Positions 7,701-17,179 of a DNA stretch of 64,000 nucleotides are shown here, piece by piece. Made by a program: the position numbers and the translations under genes. The first letter of the stretch is position 1. Every line of letters begins with the position of its first letter. The stretch lies in sequence record NZ_CP043850.1; one strand, written 5' to 3'. Origin of the DNA: a plasmid. Under the pieces are notes generated by a model that was given only the letters and a program-made list of their open reading frames with translations, searched no databases and was not told the DNA's origin.

Positions 7701-9047
7701 ATGGACCAGACACAGGGGCCGGCCCGGTACCACACACACTTCTACGACGTCGCCGGGGCAGATCATGGCGGCGTCGCCCGCCGGCACGGGCTGCTGCCGG
7801 CGCCCATGACACCTCAGGAGCTACAGGAGCAGCCGGCCCTGCTGCGTGCACGAGGGCACTCCCACCGGGACTCCGTACTGATGCCTGCCCTGTCGCCCGT
7901 CCCCGTTGTCTACTTCCTCGTCGGGGCCGCGCTGTTGGCTTTGGCCCTGCTCTTGGATACCCCGTCCGGGCCTGCCTTCTGGACCGCCTGCGGGCTGGCC
8001 GGGGTGATGATGCTGCTGCCGATGCTGATGTGGGCTGCACAGGGGATCTACGCTGCCCGCCAGGCCAGGATTCGGACCCTGATCCGCGCACGTCTGGGCG
8101 ATGACCACCAGCTCCAGCAGCGCCGCGCCCACGTCCGCTCCCATGGGGCGCTGCCGGCGGCTCTGATCGCCGGAAGGGACCAAGTGCTGCCGGCCAGCGA
8201 TGACCCCGTGGTGCTCCAGCGCCTGGCCCGCACCAGCGCAGACCTGATGAACACCTCCCCACACCTGCCCGTGCTCGCGGTGCTGGTCTCGGCCGACACC
8301 CCCCTGACCCTGCGCCAGGTCCAAAACCGCGCCGAGCACGGCCTGACGGCCACGCCCCGGAAGGCTGTCCGGGCAGCGTTGGAGCAGATGGAGCAGAACC
8401 GCTGGGTGCTCACCGACTGGGAATCCAAGCCCCGCACCTACCAGGCCAACCGGGACCGTCCCGGCTTCGTGCAGATGCTCCAGCTGCTGAGCCTGGACAC
8501 CAACACGGCCGCCTTGCTCCCCCAGGACCAGGCCCCGCTGACCCCAGCCACCACCGCAGGACAGGACCCTGACCTGCTGGCCCGCGCCCAGACCCTGGAC
8601 CTGCACAACCTCAACGACAGGATGTTCTTCGAGGTCGTCTTCGCCCAGCAGATCCCCCTGCTCGGACTCCACGAGCAGCAGAACGCCCGACAGCTAGCCG
8701 CCGCCGTCGCCGCCGTCGAGCAGCTCATCTCCTCCACCGCCCACGCGGACCCTACCGACGAGCTGGCCACCACCCTCCAGCAGCTGCGCTCCCGGCTGCG
8801 CATGACCACCGACGAGCCCTCCATGGGCGCTCACCCGATGATCGCGCTCCAGGCCCTCACCGCCGAGCACAACGCCCAAGCGATCGAAGAAGCCATCGCC
8901 CAGATCCGCGCCCGCCACCACGACATCGCCGCCACCGTCTGCGCCGACGCACTGCACACCCATGCACGCGCCCTGCGTCAGCTCATCGCGCAGATCCACG
9001 ACCAGCCCGACATGCAGCCCCTGCTCGCCCAACTGGACACCCCCTGA
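7701..9047 (+). CDS. Hypothetical membrane protein (448 aa, two N-terminal TM helices)
   Basis: RBS CAGGAGAGACCC before the ATG. Hydrophobic segments at residues ~65-120. Confidence 0.55.
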   Translation: MDQTQGPARYHTHFYDVAGADHGGVARRHGLLPAPMTPQELQEQPALLRARGHSHRDSVLMPALSPVPVVYFLVGAALLALALLLDTPSGPAFWTACGLAGVMMLLPMLMWAAQGIYAARQARIRTLIRARLGDDHQLQQRRAHVRSHGALPAALIAGRDQVLPASDDPVVLQRLARTSADLMNTSPHLPVLAVLVSADTPLTLRQVQNRAEHGLTATPRKAVRAALEQMEQNRWVLTDWESKPRTYQANRDRPGFVQMLQLLSLDTNTAALLPQDQAPLTPATTAGQDPDLLARAQTLDLHNLNDRMFFEVVFAQQIPLLGLHEQQNARQLAAAVAAVEQLISSTAHADPTDELATTLQQLRSRLRMTTDEPSMGAHPMIALQALTAEHNAQAIEEAIAQIRARHHDIAATVCADALHTHARALRQLIAQIHDQPDMQPLLAQLDTP

Positions 9048-9074
9048 CCGCCCCCCTCTGCCAAGGAGGCCACC

Positions 9075-9596
9075 ATGCGCACCCGCCACCTGCCCCTGAT
9101 CCCCCTGACCGCCGCCGCGCTCGCGGTCTGCGGCTGCGGGGTCACCGCCACCACCGACCCTGCACCGTCGGAGACGACGGCACCCCCCAGCACCTCAGCA
9201 GCCCCCGCCGGCCCCGTCGACCTCGAGATCCTCGTGCAGTGGGACCCTGCCGATAAGAAGAACACCGCGCCGGTCTCCGGCGGGGCCAACCTCTTCGTCG
9301 ACGGACGCGCCGCCGGCGTCCACACCCGCCAGAGCATCCCCTCCACCATCGGCGGGGCCGACCCCCTGATCCTTCCCACGCAGGCCGACCCGGGAGAGAG
9401 CGTGCAGGTGATCGTCAGCACCTCCCAGCTGGACTACCCCGGGGAGCTGACCTGCCAGATCCGCCTGGCCGGCACGGACACCATCCTGGCCGAGCACTCC
9501 GGCAACGACGAGGACATGCCCATGACCGAGTGCTCAACCACTGCCCCCGCCACCGTGCCCGCCAGCCTCCCGGCGACCAGTACCCCCCAGCCCTGA
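9075..9596 (+). CDS. Lipoprotein (signal peptide with lipobox LAVCGC)
   Basis: RBS AAGGAGGCCACC. N-terminal signal peptide followed by a lipobox Cys. Confidence 0.6.
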   Translation: MRTRHLPLIPLTAAALAVCGCGVTATTDPAPSETTAPPSTSAAPAGPVDLEILVQWDPADKKNTAPVSGGANLFVDGRAAGVHTRQSIPSTIGGADPLILPTQADPGESVQVIVSTSQLDYPGELTCQIRLAGTDTILAEHSGNDEDMPMTECSTTAPATVPASLPATSTPQP

Positions 9597-9627
9597 ACCC
9601 GGCACCACCCATCGAAAGGAACCACCC

Positions 9628-10647
9628 ATGAGCCTGAACCCGCACCTGATCACCATTGCCAGCGTCCTGGCCGCCGACGGGCACTCCGCCTCGGCCCAAG
9701 ACCTGCGGCAGGCGTTGCCGCGGTTCTCCCGCCGGGACGAGATCCTCCAGGAGCTCACGAATCAGCAGTGGATCATCCCCACCGTCGCGGACCGGTACAA
9801 GCTCAACGACGCCCGCCCGGGCATGGACGCCCTCAAGGAGCTGCTCGCCACCACCGCCGACACCCCCGCCCCGCCGGCCACCGCAGACCGCCACCTCAGC
9901 ACCACCGAACAGCAGCAGCAGCACCGTCAGCACTCCGTCATCGCCGCCGCGGACGCCAAGACCCTGCCGTTCATCCCCGAACCCGACGACGCCCCGACAC
10001 TGCTGACCCAGGAGCTGCGCCAGCGTCGCCGCCGGATCTACCGCAGCATGGCCATCCCCAACCAGCTGGAGCACCAGTACCAGCTCCTCTACAGCGACCT
10101 CCGCCACGAGCGCGGCCGCGACTTCATCCACCTGTTCGGACACCTCGAAGAAGAGCTCAGCAGCCTCCCGGCCGAACACCCCGACCCCCTGCGCGAGCTC
10201 GTCCGCCTGACCCTGATCGCCGACCACAACGCCGGCGTCTTCGCCCGCTACGGCGCCCGAGTGAGCGAGGCCGCCCGCCTGGGCCGCGAGCGCTCGCGGG
10301 TCGACGACGCCCTGGCCCAGTGGGCCACCGCGCAGCTCGATCCCAGCCCCACCCCGGAGATGCTGGGCCTGCACTCGGAGCACGACAAGATCACGGCGGC
10401 CCAGCAGCGTCGTAAGGTGCTGGCCACGATCGAGGCGTCCGAGCCGAACCTGATCCACCACGGCGGCATGCCCGCGGACTCAGATCTGGGCCACGGCGGG
10501 GACTACCTGCTGGCCCAGCTGCTGCTGGATCACGGGCGCCGGCTGTTCACGGCCCTGGAGGACCTGGCCTACACCAGCGAGCGCGTGCAGCAGTACGTGG
10601 ACGGGCTGCGCACCCACTCGGATGAGGACTTCAAGCACTCCCGCTGA
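9628..10647 (+). CDS. Hypothetical protein (339 aa)
   Basis: RBS GAAAGGAACCACCC before the ATG. No recognisable domain. Confidence 0.55.
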   Translation: MSLNPHLITIASVLAADGHSASAQDLRQALPRFSRRDEILQELTNQQWIIPTVADRYKLNDARPGMDALKELLATTADTPAPPATADRHLSTTEQQQQHRQHSVIAAADAKTLPFIPEPDDAPTLLTQELRQRRRRIYRSMAIPNQLEHQYQLLYSDLRHERGRDFIHLFGHLEEELSSLPAEHPDPLRELVRLTLIADHNAGVFARYGARVSEAARLGRERSRVDDALAQWATAQLDPSPTPEMLGLHSEHDKITAAQQRRKVLATIEASEPNLIHHGGMPADSDLGHGGDYLLAQLLLDHGRRLFTALEDLAYTSERVQQYVDGLRTHSDEDFKHSR

Positions 10648-10659
10648 GTCGTAGCACAC

Positions 10660-10696
10660 ACAGAGGCAGGGACACCCGGTAGTGTCCCTGCCTCCG
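10660..10696. terminator. Bidirectional terminator hairpin GAGGCAGGGACAC-ccggta-GTGTCCCTGCCTC between convergent genes
   Basis: Perfect 13-bp inverted repeat seen directly. Confidence 0.55.
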
Positions 10697-10905
10697 CTTG
10701 ATGGCTGGAGCGGTCAGGGCTTGCGGCGCAGGCCGGACACGCCCGTGCCGTCCTCGGCCAGGCGCTCGGCGTCCTCCTGCTCTCGCACCTAAGCCTGCCA
10801 GGACGGGTCAGTGCCCCCGGCACAAGGGTGGGCCCGGCAACCACACAGGAGGAACGCCACAACACACGGCCCATGCCAGCGCCCCAGAGACATCCACGCC
10901 GGGTA

Positions 10906-11604
10906 CTACGGCGGCGTCACCTTGCCCCCCGGGGGGCGCGGATGAGCGCGACGGAGGCCGAGGCGGCTGGTGAACCTCTTCCACGCCGGCCTCTCCGCTA
11001 GACGCGCCTCAGCAGTATCGATCCGCTCCGCCAGCTCGCTCACCAGCGCATCCAAGTCCGCCGTCGCCTGCTCCACCTGCACGCAGAAATGCTCCACGTC
11101 ACGCCGGTCCGTTGACATGAGCTGCGCCAAAGAAGCCGCCAACCTGGATGGCGCGAAGGCCAGTTCGAACGCCATGGCCAGCGAGGTCAGGCGCCCGACC
11201 TCATGACCATGATTCCCCTTCATCTCCTGGGCCCACCTGTGCATCGACCATGCGTCCTGGTATTTCACCCTCCACTGAGTCAGAACCTCTAGCACCCGTC
11301 CCTCGTTCGCGGCGTGGCTCAGCTGCACCGCACTCACGGCGAATCCAGCCATGGGGGACCCCTGGCTCTCGTCGGTAGGGTCTACATCAGGGTCCCTGAG
11401 ACGGTGTAGTTGCCCGGACATGCCGGCTACGGCTTCTGCTGCCCGCGTGCTCCGCGCCGTCCGGTCTGCCGCCTGCACGGTGAACCTCGCCACCGACCAT
11501 GCAACAACCCCCGAGCCGAGCGCGCCGATCGCTGCGCCGACGGCCGCCCCGAAGAACCCGTCCCACAGCGCCGGCCCCTCGGCCGCCCACACGATCCAGT
11601 CCAT
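10906..11604 (-). CDS. Hypothetical protein (232 aa) with an N-terminal hydrophobic segment
   Basis: Longest ORF in the region. The RBS is weak. Confidence 0.4.
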   Translation of the reverse strand: MDWIVWAAEGPALWDGFFGAAVGAAIGALGSGVVAWSVARFTVQAADRTARSTRAAEAVAGMSGQLHRLRDPDVDPTDESQGSPMAGFAVSAVQLSHAANEGRVLEVLTQWRVKYQDAWSMHRWAQEMKGNHGHEVGRLTSLAMAFELAFAPSRLAASLAQLMSTDRRDVEHFCVQVEQATADLDALVSELAERIDTAEARLAERPAWKRFTSRLGLRRAHPRPPGGKVTPP

Positions 11605-11896
11605 GCCGGTGAGCGTACTGGGGTCGGTGTCCGATCGGACGCCCGCTCACGGGGCCGTCACGACCTGTGGCGCGCGGGCCCAGGGGAGGCCCGAAGCCCT
11701 CCCCAGGCACATCGTGCGGGGATCGGCGAATGGCCGGCCCTGCCGGCCCGTGTGGTCTGGAGCAGCGGGGCGATCAACTCCCACTGGGTGTCGGAGAGCA
11801 TCTGGAACCGGGGCGTGTCTTCGAGGGTGTCAGCCGACCCCTGGATTCATTGTCAGACACGCCCTAGCGCGCGACCTGCACCATGTCTTTGTTCTC

Positions 11897-12262
11897 CTAG
11901 ACCTCCAGCGCCTCCTCCACCAGCCGCACCGACTCCCGCTCCGCGTTCTCGTACCGTCCGAAACCGATGGCGTCCGGGTCCAGCCGGCCGGCCTTACCAT
12001 TGGGACCCAACAGCGCCTCAGTCAGCTCCACAACCCGCTCGACGCCATCGTGGAAGAACACCCGGAAGCGGGCATCGTAGGGCCGACCGTTCTTGAGCAT
12101 CTTCCAGCCGCCGTCCAACACCAGCGCGATCTCGTGCCCGGTGGCCAGGTCGAACCACCAGCGCCCGACCCGGTCTTCATCCAACATCTGGAACTGTCTC
12201 TGCGCATCGGCCTTGACCCAGGCCCGGTTCCATCCCTCGCTGCCGCCCCTGATCCACTTCAC
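11897..12262 (-). CDS. Hypothetical protein (121 aa, GTG start)
   Basis: RBS GGAAGGGAG before the GTG. Confidence 0.45.
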   Translation of the reverse strand: MKWIRGGSEGWNRAWVKADAQRQFQMLDEDRVGRWWFDLATGHEIALVLDGGWKMLKNGRPYDARFRVFFHDGVERVVELTEALLGPNGKAGRLDPDAIGFGRYENAERESVRLVEEALEV

Positions 12263-12329
12263 CTACTGCTCCCTTCCTCACGCGCACACAGGTCTTCCCT
12301 GCAACAGGCCAGTATCCCCGCCGCCATCC

Positions 12330-13088
12330 TCACGCACACGACGCCAGGACCTGCTGCATCGCCGCCCGCTCAGACACGCTCACGCTCAACCCCCACTTCG
12401 CCTTCACCTTCACCTGCCGGCCGACCAGATCGCACCTGGCGGCCGCGCTCGCGGGCAGCCATTCGTCGGCGGAGTGGTCGGACTTGGCCTGGTTGGTGGG
12501 TCCGTCGACGGCGAGCAGGTTGTCCGTGTCGTTGGCGAACTGCTCGCGGCGCTCGGGGCTCCACTGGTCGGCGCCGGAGTCCCAGGCTTGGGAGAGGGAG
12601 ACGATGTGGTCGATCTGCACAGCGGTGGGGTCCGCGGAACTGAACGCGATGATCCCTCCGGTGTAGGGGTCCTCGAGGGTGCCCTCGAGCACCTTGCAAC
12701 CGTGGGTGCCCGGCTTGATCACCGTCTCGCGCAGGTCCCGGCGCAGGACATCGTTGCGCTGATCACAGCCGTTGCGATCCGTGTCCGCCCAGCGTTGTCC
12801 GAAGGCCTCGCGGGCGTAGGCGGTGGAGGGTCGGTACTCGGTGATGGGCAGCAGCTCAAGCTGTTCGGCAGCGGGGCCAGCCGCAGGCGCCGCGCCTGCC
12901 TGACGGTCTCCGGCCGGCGACGGCGTGGTGCCCACCAGATCGTTGAGCACCTCGGCACCGGGGATCTTCCCTCCGACCGTGACCCGGTCCAGACTCAAGT
13001 CCTCCAGCTGGCCGGCGCCGAGGGCGCCGAGCAGGCCCACCCCTGCCAGGGCAACGGCAGCTCCTGAGATCCACCTCTTGATGCTCAT
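12330..13088 (-). CDS. Secreted DUF1524-family (HNH/GmrSD C-terminal-like) nuclease
   Basis: Strong RBS GAGGAGG. N-terminal signal peptide. Motifs DTDRNGCDQRND..DPYTG..IDHIVSL..NDTDNLLAV..NQAKSD..W are typical of DUF1524. Confidence 0.55.
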   Translation of the reverse strand: MSIKRWISGAAVALAGVGLLGALGAGQLEDLSLDRVTVGGKIPGAEVLNDLVGTTPSPAGDRQAGAAPAAGPAAEQLELLPITEYRPSTAYAREAFGQRWADTDRNGCDQRNDVLRRDLRETVIKPGTHGCKVLEGTLEDPYTGGIIAFSSADPTAVQIDHIVSLSQAWDSGADQWSPERREQFANDTDNLLAVDGPTNQAKSDHSADEWLPASAAARCDLVGRQVKVKAKWGLSVSVSERAAMQQVLASCA

Positions 13089-13174
13089 CGTCTCCTCCTC
13101 ATCTTCCAGGCCCTCACCTGGTCTGCCGCGACGTCGAGCCCGCGGTGGTCCTCTCCGAGCCGGCGCGTCGGTGC

Positions 13175-13606
13175 TCAGTGCTCGGGCTTGGGCACAGCCT
13201 CGATGCGGGCTTGCACCCCGTGCTCCACGCGCAGTCGGCGGGCAGCCTCGGCGGTGGCCGAGCGGTGCAGCTCGACGGGGATCTGGGCGACGCCGTCGCC
13301 CAGATCCGGCTCGGCCATCTCCGGCAGCCAGTGGTAGAACGAGCCGCGGTCGGAGTAGGTGAGCATCAGCGCTGCGCCGCTGGCCCCATGGACCTGCAGG
13401 GTCTCAGCGACCAGACCGGCGACGAGCTCCTCGCGGTAGTCCTCGAGGCGGGTCAAAGCGGTGTCGATCCACCCCCAGTCCCGCGGCGGGTTCTTCCCGA
13501 ACTCCCACCGCGTGATGTTCTGCTCCCGGACGTCCAGGGTGTCCGCGAGCGCATCGCGGGAGAGTCCGAGGGCTTCTCGGCGGCACTTCATCTCGATCGC
13601 GTTCAT
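13175..13606 (-). CDS. XRE-family helix-turn-helix transcriptional regulator
   Basis: N-terminal HTH CRREALGLSRDALADTLDVREQNITRWEFG. Sits in an operon with the upstream small ORF behind cassette copy 11. Confidence 0.65.
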   Translation of the reverse strand: MNAIEMKCRREALGLSRDALADTLDVREQNITRWEFGKNPPRDWGWIDTALTRLEDYREELVAGLVAETLQVHGASGAALMLTYSDRGSFYHWLPEMAEPDLGDGVAQIPVELHRSATAEAARRLRVEHGVQARIEAVPKPEH

Positions 13607-13609
13607 CGC

Positions 13610-13879
13610 TCAGCCTTCCGTGGACATGTAGGAGCGCAGCAGCTCGACCTCGCGGTCGCGCAGCCGGCTGATGGCTTCGCGGAGCGGCTCTTGGCGGGCG
13701 GGGACCTGCTTGTGGAGGTTCGCTTCCCAGGTGTTCAGGGTCCAGCCGGCTGCCGGGGCCTTGCTGACCATGACGCAGTCGGGGGTGGGCATGGCCTCTC
13801 GCATGCGGGTCCAGCTGGCCGGGGATGGGAATCCGGCTTGGCGGCCCATCTCGGTGGCCGAGTAGTAGAACTCAGGCAT
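13610..13879 (-). CDS. Small hypothetical protein (89 aa)
   Basis: RBS GAAGGAGACCACC before the ATG at 13879. Lies directly downstream of minus-strand cassette copy 11. Confidence 0.5.
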   Translation of the reverse strand: MPEFYYSATEMGRQAGFPSPASWTRMREAMPTPDCVMVSKAPAAGWTLNTWEANLHKQVPARQEPLREAISRLRDREVELLRSYMSTEG

Positions 13880-13960
13880 GGTGGTCTCCTTCGTCTGTGG
13901 GTCGGGGTACGCCACCCCGTTATGTCTAACCTTACATGTCTGGATGCACATATTTCAAGT
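13880..13960 (-). promoter_or_regulatory. Promoter/leader cassette copy 11, minus strand (−35 TTGAAA, TGTAAGGTTAGACATAAC box, hairpin GGGGT-ggcg-TACCCC)
   Basis: The reverse complement of 13880-13960 carries the GGTTAGACA box and a variant leader hairpin followed by the RBS. Confidence 0.55.
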
Positions 13961-14257
13961 CGTGTCACACCGTCGGCCTCGACGGGTGGACAGCAGTGGT
14001 CCTCACCCCTCGAGGTGCCTGGCTCGGGATGGCTATGCACAGGGGCGCCCCGGCCGCTGTGGTGCGTTGATACGGTGAGGGTACGGCCGGTTGAGCGAAT
14101 CCCGTTGATCTCCTGGCCCAGAGGCCCCCAGGTCATCCCCCCTCCGACCTGGGGGCTTCGCCCTACCCGGAACCCGGCTAGGGACACAGGGGGGCGCAGG
14201 CGGCCTTCTGATAGCGCATATCGGGGTTGTAGCGTTGGAGTCATTGACTCCCGTCGT

Positions 14258-14647
14258 CTACAAGTACCTACACACTTGATCGGTGCTGCACGTTTCAGGG
14301 TCCGGGTGCGCGGCGTCCTGTCTGAGGTCCGCGATAGTGTCGCGCAGCACGGAGAGCTGCGCGATCTGCTGCTCGATCTCAGCGAGGCGCACGTCAAGCA
14401 GGTCGCGCACGTGCTCGCAGGGCGCATGGCCGCCGTCGCGGATGTCGAGGATCTGGCGGATCTGGGCGAGGGTGAGGCCCGCGGCCTGGCCGCGGTGGAC
14501 GAAGTCGATCCGAGCGACCGTCTCGGGCGCGTAGTCGCGGTATCCGGACGGCGTGCGCTCGGTCGGGGGCAGAAGGCCCTGTTCCTCGTAGAAGCGAAGG
14601 GTCTTCGCGGTAGTGCCCGCCCTCTCGGCGAGTTCTCCGATCCGCAT
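14258..14647 (-). CDS. merR: MerR-family mercuric resistance regulator
   Basis: N-terminal HTH MRIGELAERAGTTAKTLRFYE. Metal-binding cysteines (HAPCEH, ETCSTDQVC). Divergent from merA. Confidence 0.75.
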   Translation of the reverse strand: MRIGELAERAGTTAKTLRFYEEQGLLPPTERTPSGYRDYAPETVARIDFVHRGQAAGLTLAQIRQILDIRDGGHAPCEHVRDLLDVRLAEIEQQIAQLSVLRDTIADLRQDAAHPDPETCSTDQVCRYL

Positions 14648-14671
14648 TGCTGTCTCCCTCCGTGGCCGCGC

Positions 14672-14705
14672 TTGACCTTCCCCTGCACTGGAAGGTCCAG
14701 CATGG
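14672..14705 (+). promoter_or_regulatory. merA promoter with MerR operator dyad GACCTTC-N11-GAAGGTC between the −35 TTGACC and the −10
   Basis: 7-bp perfect inverted repeat in a ~19-bp spacer promoter, a typical MerR operator architecture. Confidence 0.6.
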
Positions 14706-14745
14706 CTGAGACAGAGCAGAAAGCCAAGAGTTGACAGGAGCAGCG

Positions 14746-16167
14746 ATGCCTACGAAGTACGATCTCGCCATCATCGGATCGGGAGGCGGCGCGTTCGCCG
14801 CTGCGATCCGCGCCAGCACGCTCGGGAAGTCGGTGGTGATGATCGAGCGCGGGACGCTCGGCGGCACCTGCGTGAACACGGGCTGCGTCCCGTCGAAGGC
14901 GCTCATCGCCGCGGCCGGCGCGCGGCACGTCGCCGTCGACGCCGCAACCCGGTTCCCCGGGATCGCGACGACGGCGGATCCCGTCGACATGCCCGCGCTG
15001 ATCGCTGGGAAGCAAGCGTTGGTGGAGTCGCTGCGCGGCGAGAAGTACGCCGACGTCGCCGACTCCTACGGCTGGCAGGTCCTCCGCGGCGACGCCTCGT
15101 TCGTGGGCACCCCTGATGCGCCGGTTCTCGATGTTGCCGGAGCCGACGGAAGCGTCGAGACCATCGAGGCCCACCACTACCTGGTCGCGACTGGTTCTCG
15201 CCCGTGGGCACCGCCGATCGACGGCCTGGAGGAGACCGGATACCTGACCTCGACCACGGCGATGGAGCTGACGGAGGTCCCCGAGTCGCTGCTGGTGCTC
15301 GGCGGCGGCTACGTCGCCCTGGAGCAGGCGCAGCTGTTCGCCCGCCTCGGCTCGCAGGTCACGCTGCTCGTGCGGTCCCGGCTCGCCTCGAAGGAGGAGC
15401 CGGAGGTGTCGAAGGCGCTCCAGGAGGTGTTCGCCGACGAGGGCATCCGCGTCGTCAGCCGCGCAGTGCCCACCCGGGTCTCCCGCGGCACGGGAGGCGA
15501 GGCCGTCGTGACCGCCGCCGTGTCCGGCGGCTCGCAGGAGTTCCGCGCCGACCAGGTCCTGGTCGCCCTCGGACGCCGTCCCGTCACCGATGGCCTGAAC
15601 CTCGATGCGGTCGGGGTGAAGACCGGAGGTTCCGGCGAGGTGGTCGTCTCCGACCGGCTGCAGTCCTCGAACCCGCGGATCTGGGCCGCGGGCGACGTGA
15701 CCGGGCACCCCGAGTTCGTCTACGTCGCCGCCCACCACGGCACCCTCGTCGCCGAGAACGCGTTCGCCGACGCCGACCGGTCCGTCGACTACGCCCGCCT
15801 GCCGCGGGTGACGTTCACCGGGCCCGCGATCGGCGCGGTCGGGATGACCGAGAAGGACGTCCTCGCCGCGGGGATCCGCTGCGACTGCCGCGTCCTGCCC
15901 CTGCACCACGTGCCCCGCGCCTTGGTGAACCGCGACACCCGCGGGTTCATCAAGATCGTCGTGAACGCCGAGACGAACGAGATCCTCGGCCTGACCGCCG
16001 TCGCCAAGGACGCCGGGGAGCTCGCCGCCGCAGGCGTCCACGTGCTCGGCAGGACCGTCGCCGAGGTCGCCGACGCCTGGGCCCCCTACCTGACCATGGC
16101 CGAGGGCATCCGGATCGCCGCGAAGGCCTTCACCACCGACCCGTCGCTGCTGTCGTGCTGCGCATGA
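14746..16167 (+). CDS. merA: Mercuric reductase MerA (pyridine nucleotide-disulfide oxidoreductase)
   Basis: FAD-binding GSGGGAFAAA, redox-active GGTCVNTGCVPSK and a C-terminal Cys pair (LLSCCA). ATG at 14746 with an RBS; the ORF-track TTG start at 14731 is rejected. Confidence 0.85.
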   Translation: MPTKYDLAIIGSGGGAFAAAIRASTLGKSVVMIERGTLGGTCVNTGCVPSKALIAAAGARHVAVDAATRFPGIATTADPVDMPALIAGKQALVESLRGEKYADVADSYGWQVLRGDASFVGTPDAPVLDVAGADGSVETIEAHHYLVATGSRPWAPPIDGLEETGYLTSTTAMELTEVPESLLVLGGGYVALEQAQLFARLGSQVTLLVRSRLASKEEPEVSKALQEVFADEGIRVVSRAVPTRVSRGTGGEAVVTAAVSGGSQEFRADQVLVALGRRPVTDGLNLDAVGVKTGGSGEVVVSDRLQSSNPRIWAAGDVTGHPEFVYVAAHHGTLVAENAFADADRSVDYARLPRVTFTGPAIGAVGMTEKDVLAAGIRCDCRVLPLHHVPRALVNRDTRGFIKIVVNAETNEILGLTAVAKDAGELAAAGVHVLGRTVAEVADAWAPYLTMAEGIRIAAKAFTTDPSLLSCCA

Positions 16168-16213
16168 ACGGCAACGCAGGCAATCGGGGAGATCTCATCC
16201 TGAAGAGGTGCAG

Positions 16214-16537
16214 ACGATGAGCGCCGATCAGGACCGCGACGAACGGCGCGCCGGTCCCGTCGTCGCTGCAGGGACCGGGCTGCTCTTGCTGGCATGCTGC
16301 GCGCTTCCGTTGCTGCTCTGCTGCGGCCTGCCGCTCATCGCGGCGGGCGGAGCACTCGCAGGCGTCGGTGGGCTCCTCGGTAATCCCTGGATCATCGGTG
16401 CCGGGACCGCCGTCGTGATGGCCGTCATGGCGGGGATGCTCGTCAGGCTACGGCGGCGGCACCGACGCCTTCCCGACCGCTCCGTCTGTGCATTAGGCTG
16501 GAGTGCAGTAGCGCCCCGCACCTCCTGGTTGATCTGA
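16214..16537 (+). CDS. Small membrane protein with paired-Cys motifs (LACCALPLLLCCGLP); putative mercury transport/binding protein
   Basis: Hydrophobic, with CC pairs resembling MerT/MerF metal-binding motifs. Lies immediately downstream of merA. Confidence 0.4.
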   Translation, partial: TMSADQDRDERRAGPVVAAGTGLLLLACCALPLLLCCGLPLIAAGGALAGVGGLLGNPWIIGAGTAVVMAVMAGMLVRLRRRHRRLPDRSVCALGWSAVAPRTSWLI

Positions 16538-16641
16538 CAGTCGCCGGATACCGCGGGGCGCTTCTTCGCGTCCAAGACATTGCAGGCCCCTCCCCCACGC
16601 ACCTACTATGTTTAGGTCAGATCAACATAGGAGGGCCCGTC

Positions 16642-16896
16642 ATGGTCCAGGTGTCTTGGTGGGGACGGATGAGCACGTCCCTGCCCATCACGGATGAGGA
16701 CGTCGCCGCATGGGCGGCAGCACGCCCCGATCTTCTTCTCGCTCGCAGGGCTGACGGCGCCACCGAACGCCCGGACGTCGAGCGTGTGGTGGCCTTCATG
16801 GCCGCTCAGCCGCACTTCGCCCAGGCGATGCGCTTCCAGTTCGCCCAGGCCCACGGGCTCGTGCCGGCCGCGGCTCGGCAGGTGATGGCCGCCTAG
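16642..16896 (+). CDS. Hypothetical protein (84 aa)
   Basis: RBS ATAGGAGGGCCCGTC. A 7-bp inverted repeat CTATGTT-N11-AACATAG overlaps the RBS at 16600-16632. Confidence 0.4.
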   Translation: MVQVSWWGRMSTSLPITDEDVAAWAAARPDLLLARRADGATERPDVERVVAFMAAQPHFAQAMRFQFAQAHGLVPAAARQVMAA

Positions 16897-17179
16897 TCGT
16901 CCCAGGGGCCGCGCTGGTGGTAGGGGTCCTTCCAGGTCGACTCCTCGAACGGGATGCGCTGGACCCACTCGGCCGGCACCCATGCGTTGATCCGTGCAGC
17001 CCCTGGAGCCGGCTCCCAGACGATCAGGACGTGGGTCGGGGACCAGCGTTGGACCATGGCGTCCACCTGCCCCAGATCGGGCACCTGGACCCTCACGTAG
17101 GGCTCCCGGTTGTAGGGCGCCGAGTGGACCTGGGTCGGGCTCGTGAAGGCCGGCCCCTCATAGACCAGGATCGCCGCGG

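Noticed and set aside
12093-13067. 324-aa plus-strand ORF
   Set aside because: It is antisense to the DUF1524 nuclease gene, which has a signal peptide, conserved motifs and a strong RBS.
13735-16041. 768-aa minus-strand ORF
   Set aside because: It is antisense to merA. merA has clear catalytic motifs, so this is a spurious high-GC ORF.
16893-17096. 67-aa minus-strand ORF, possibly extending upstream
   Set aside because: Its start is ambiguous (GTG or an internal ATG at 17057). The upstream extension overlaps the C-terminus of the DUF4145 gene in another frame. Not enough support to call it.
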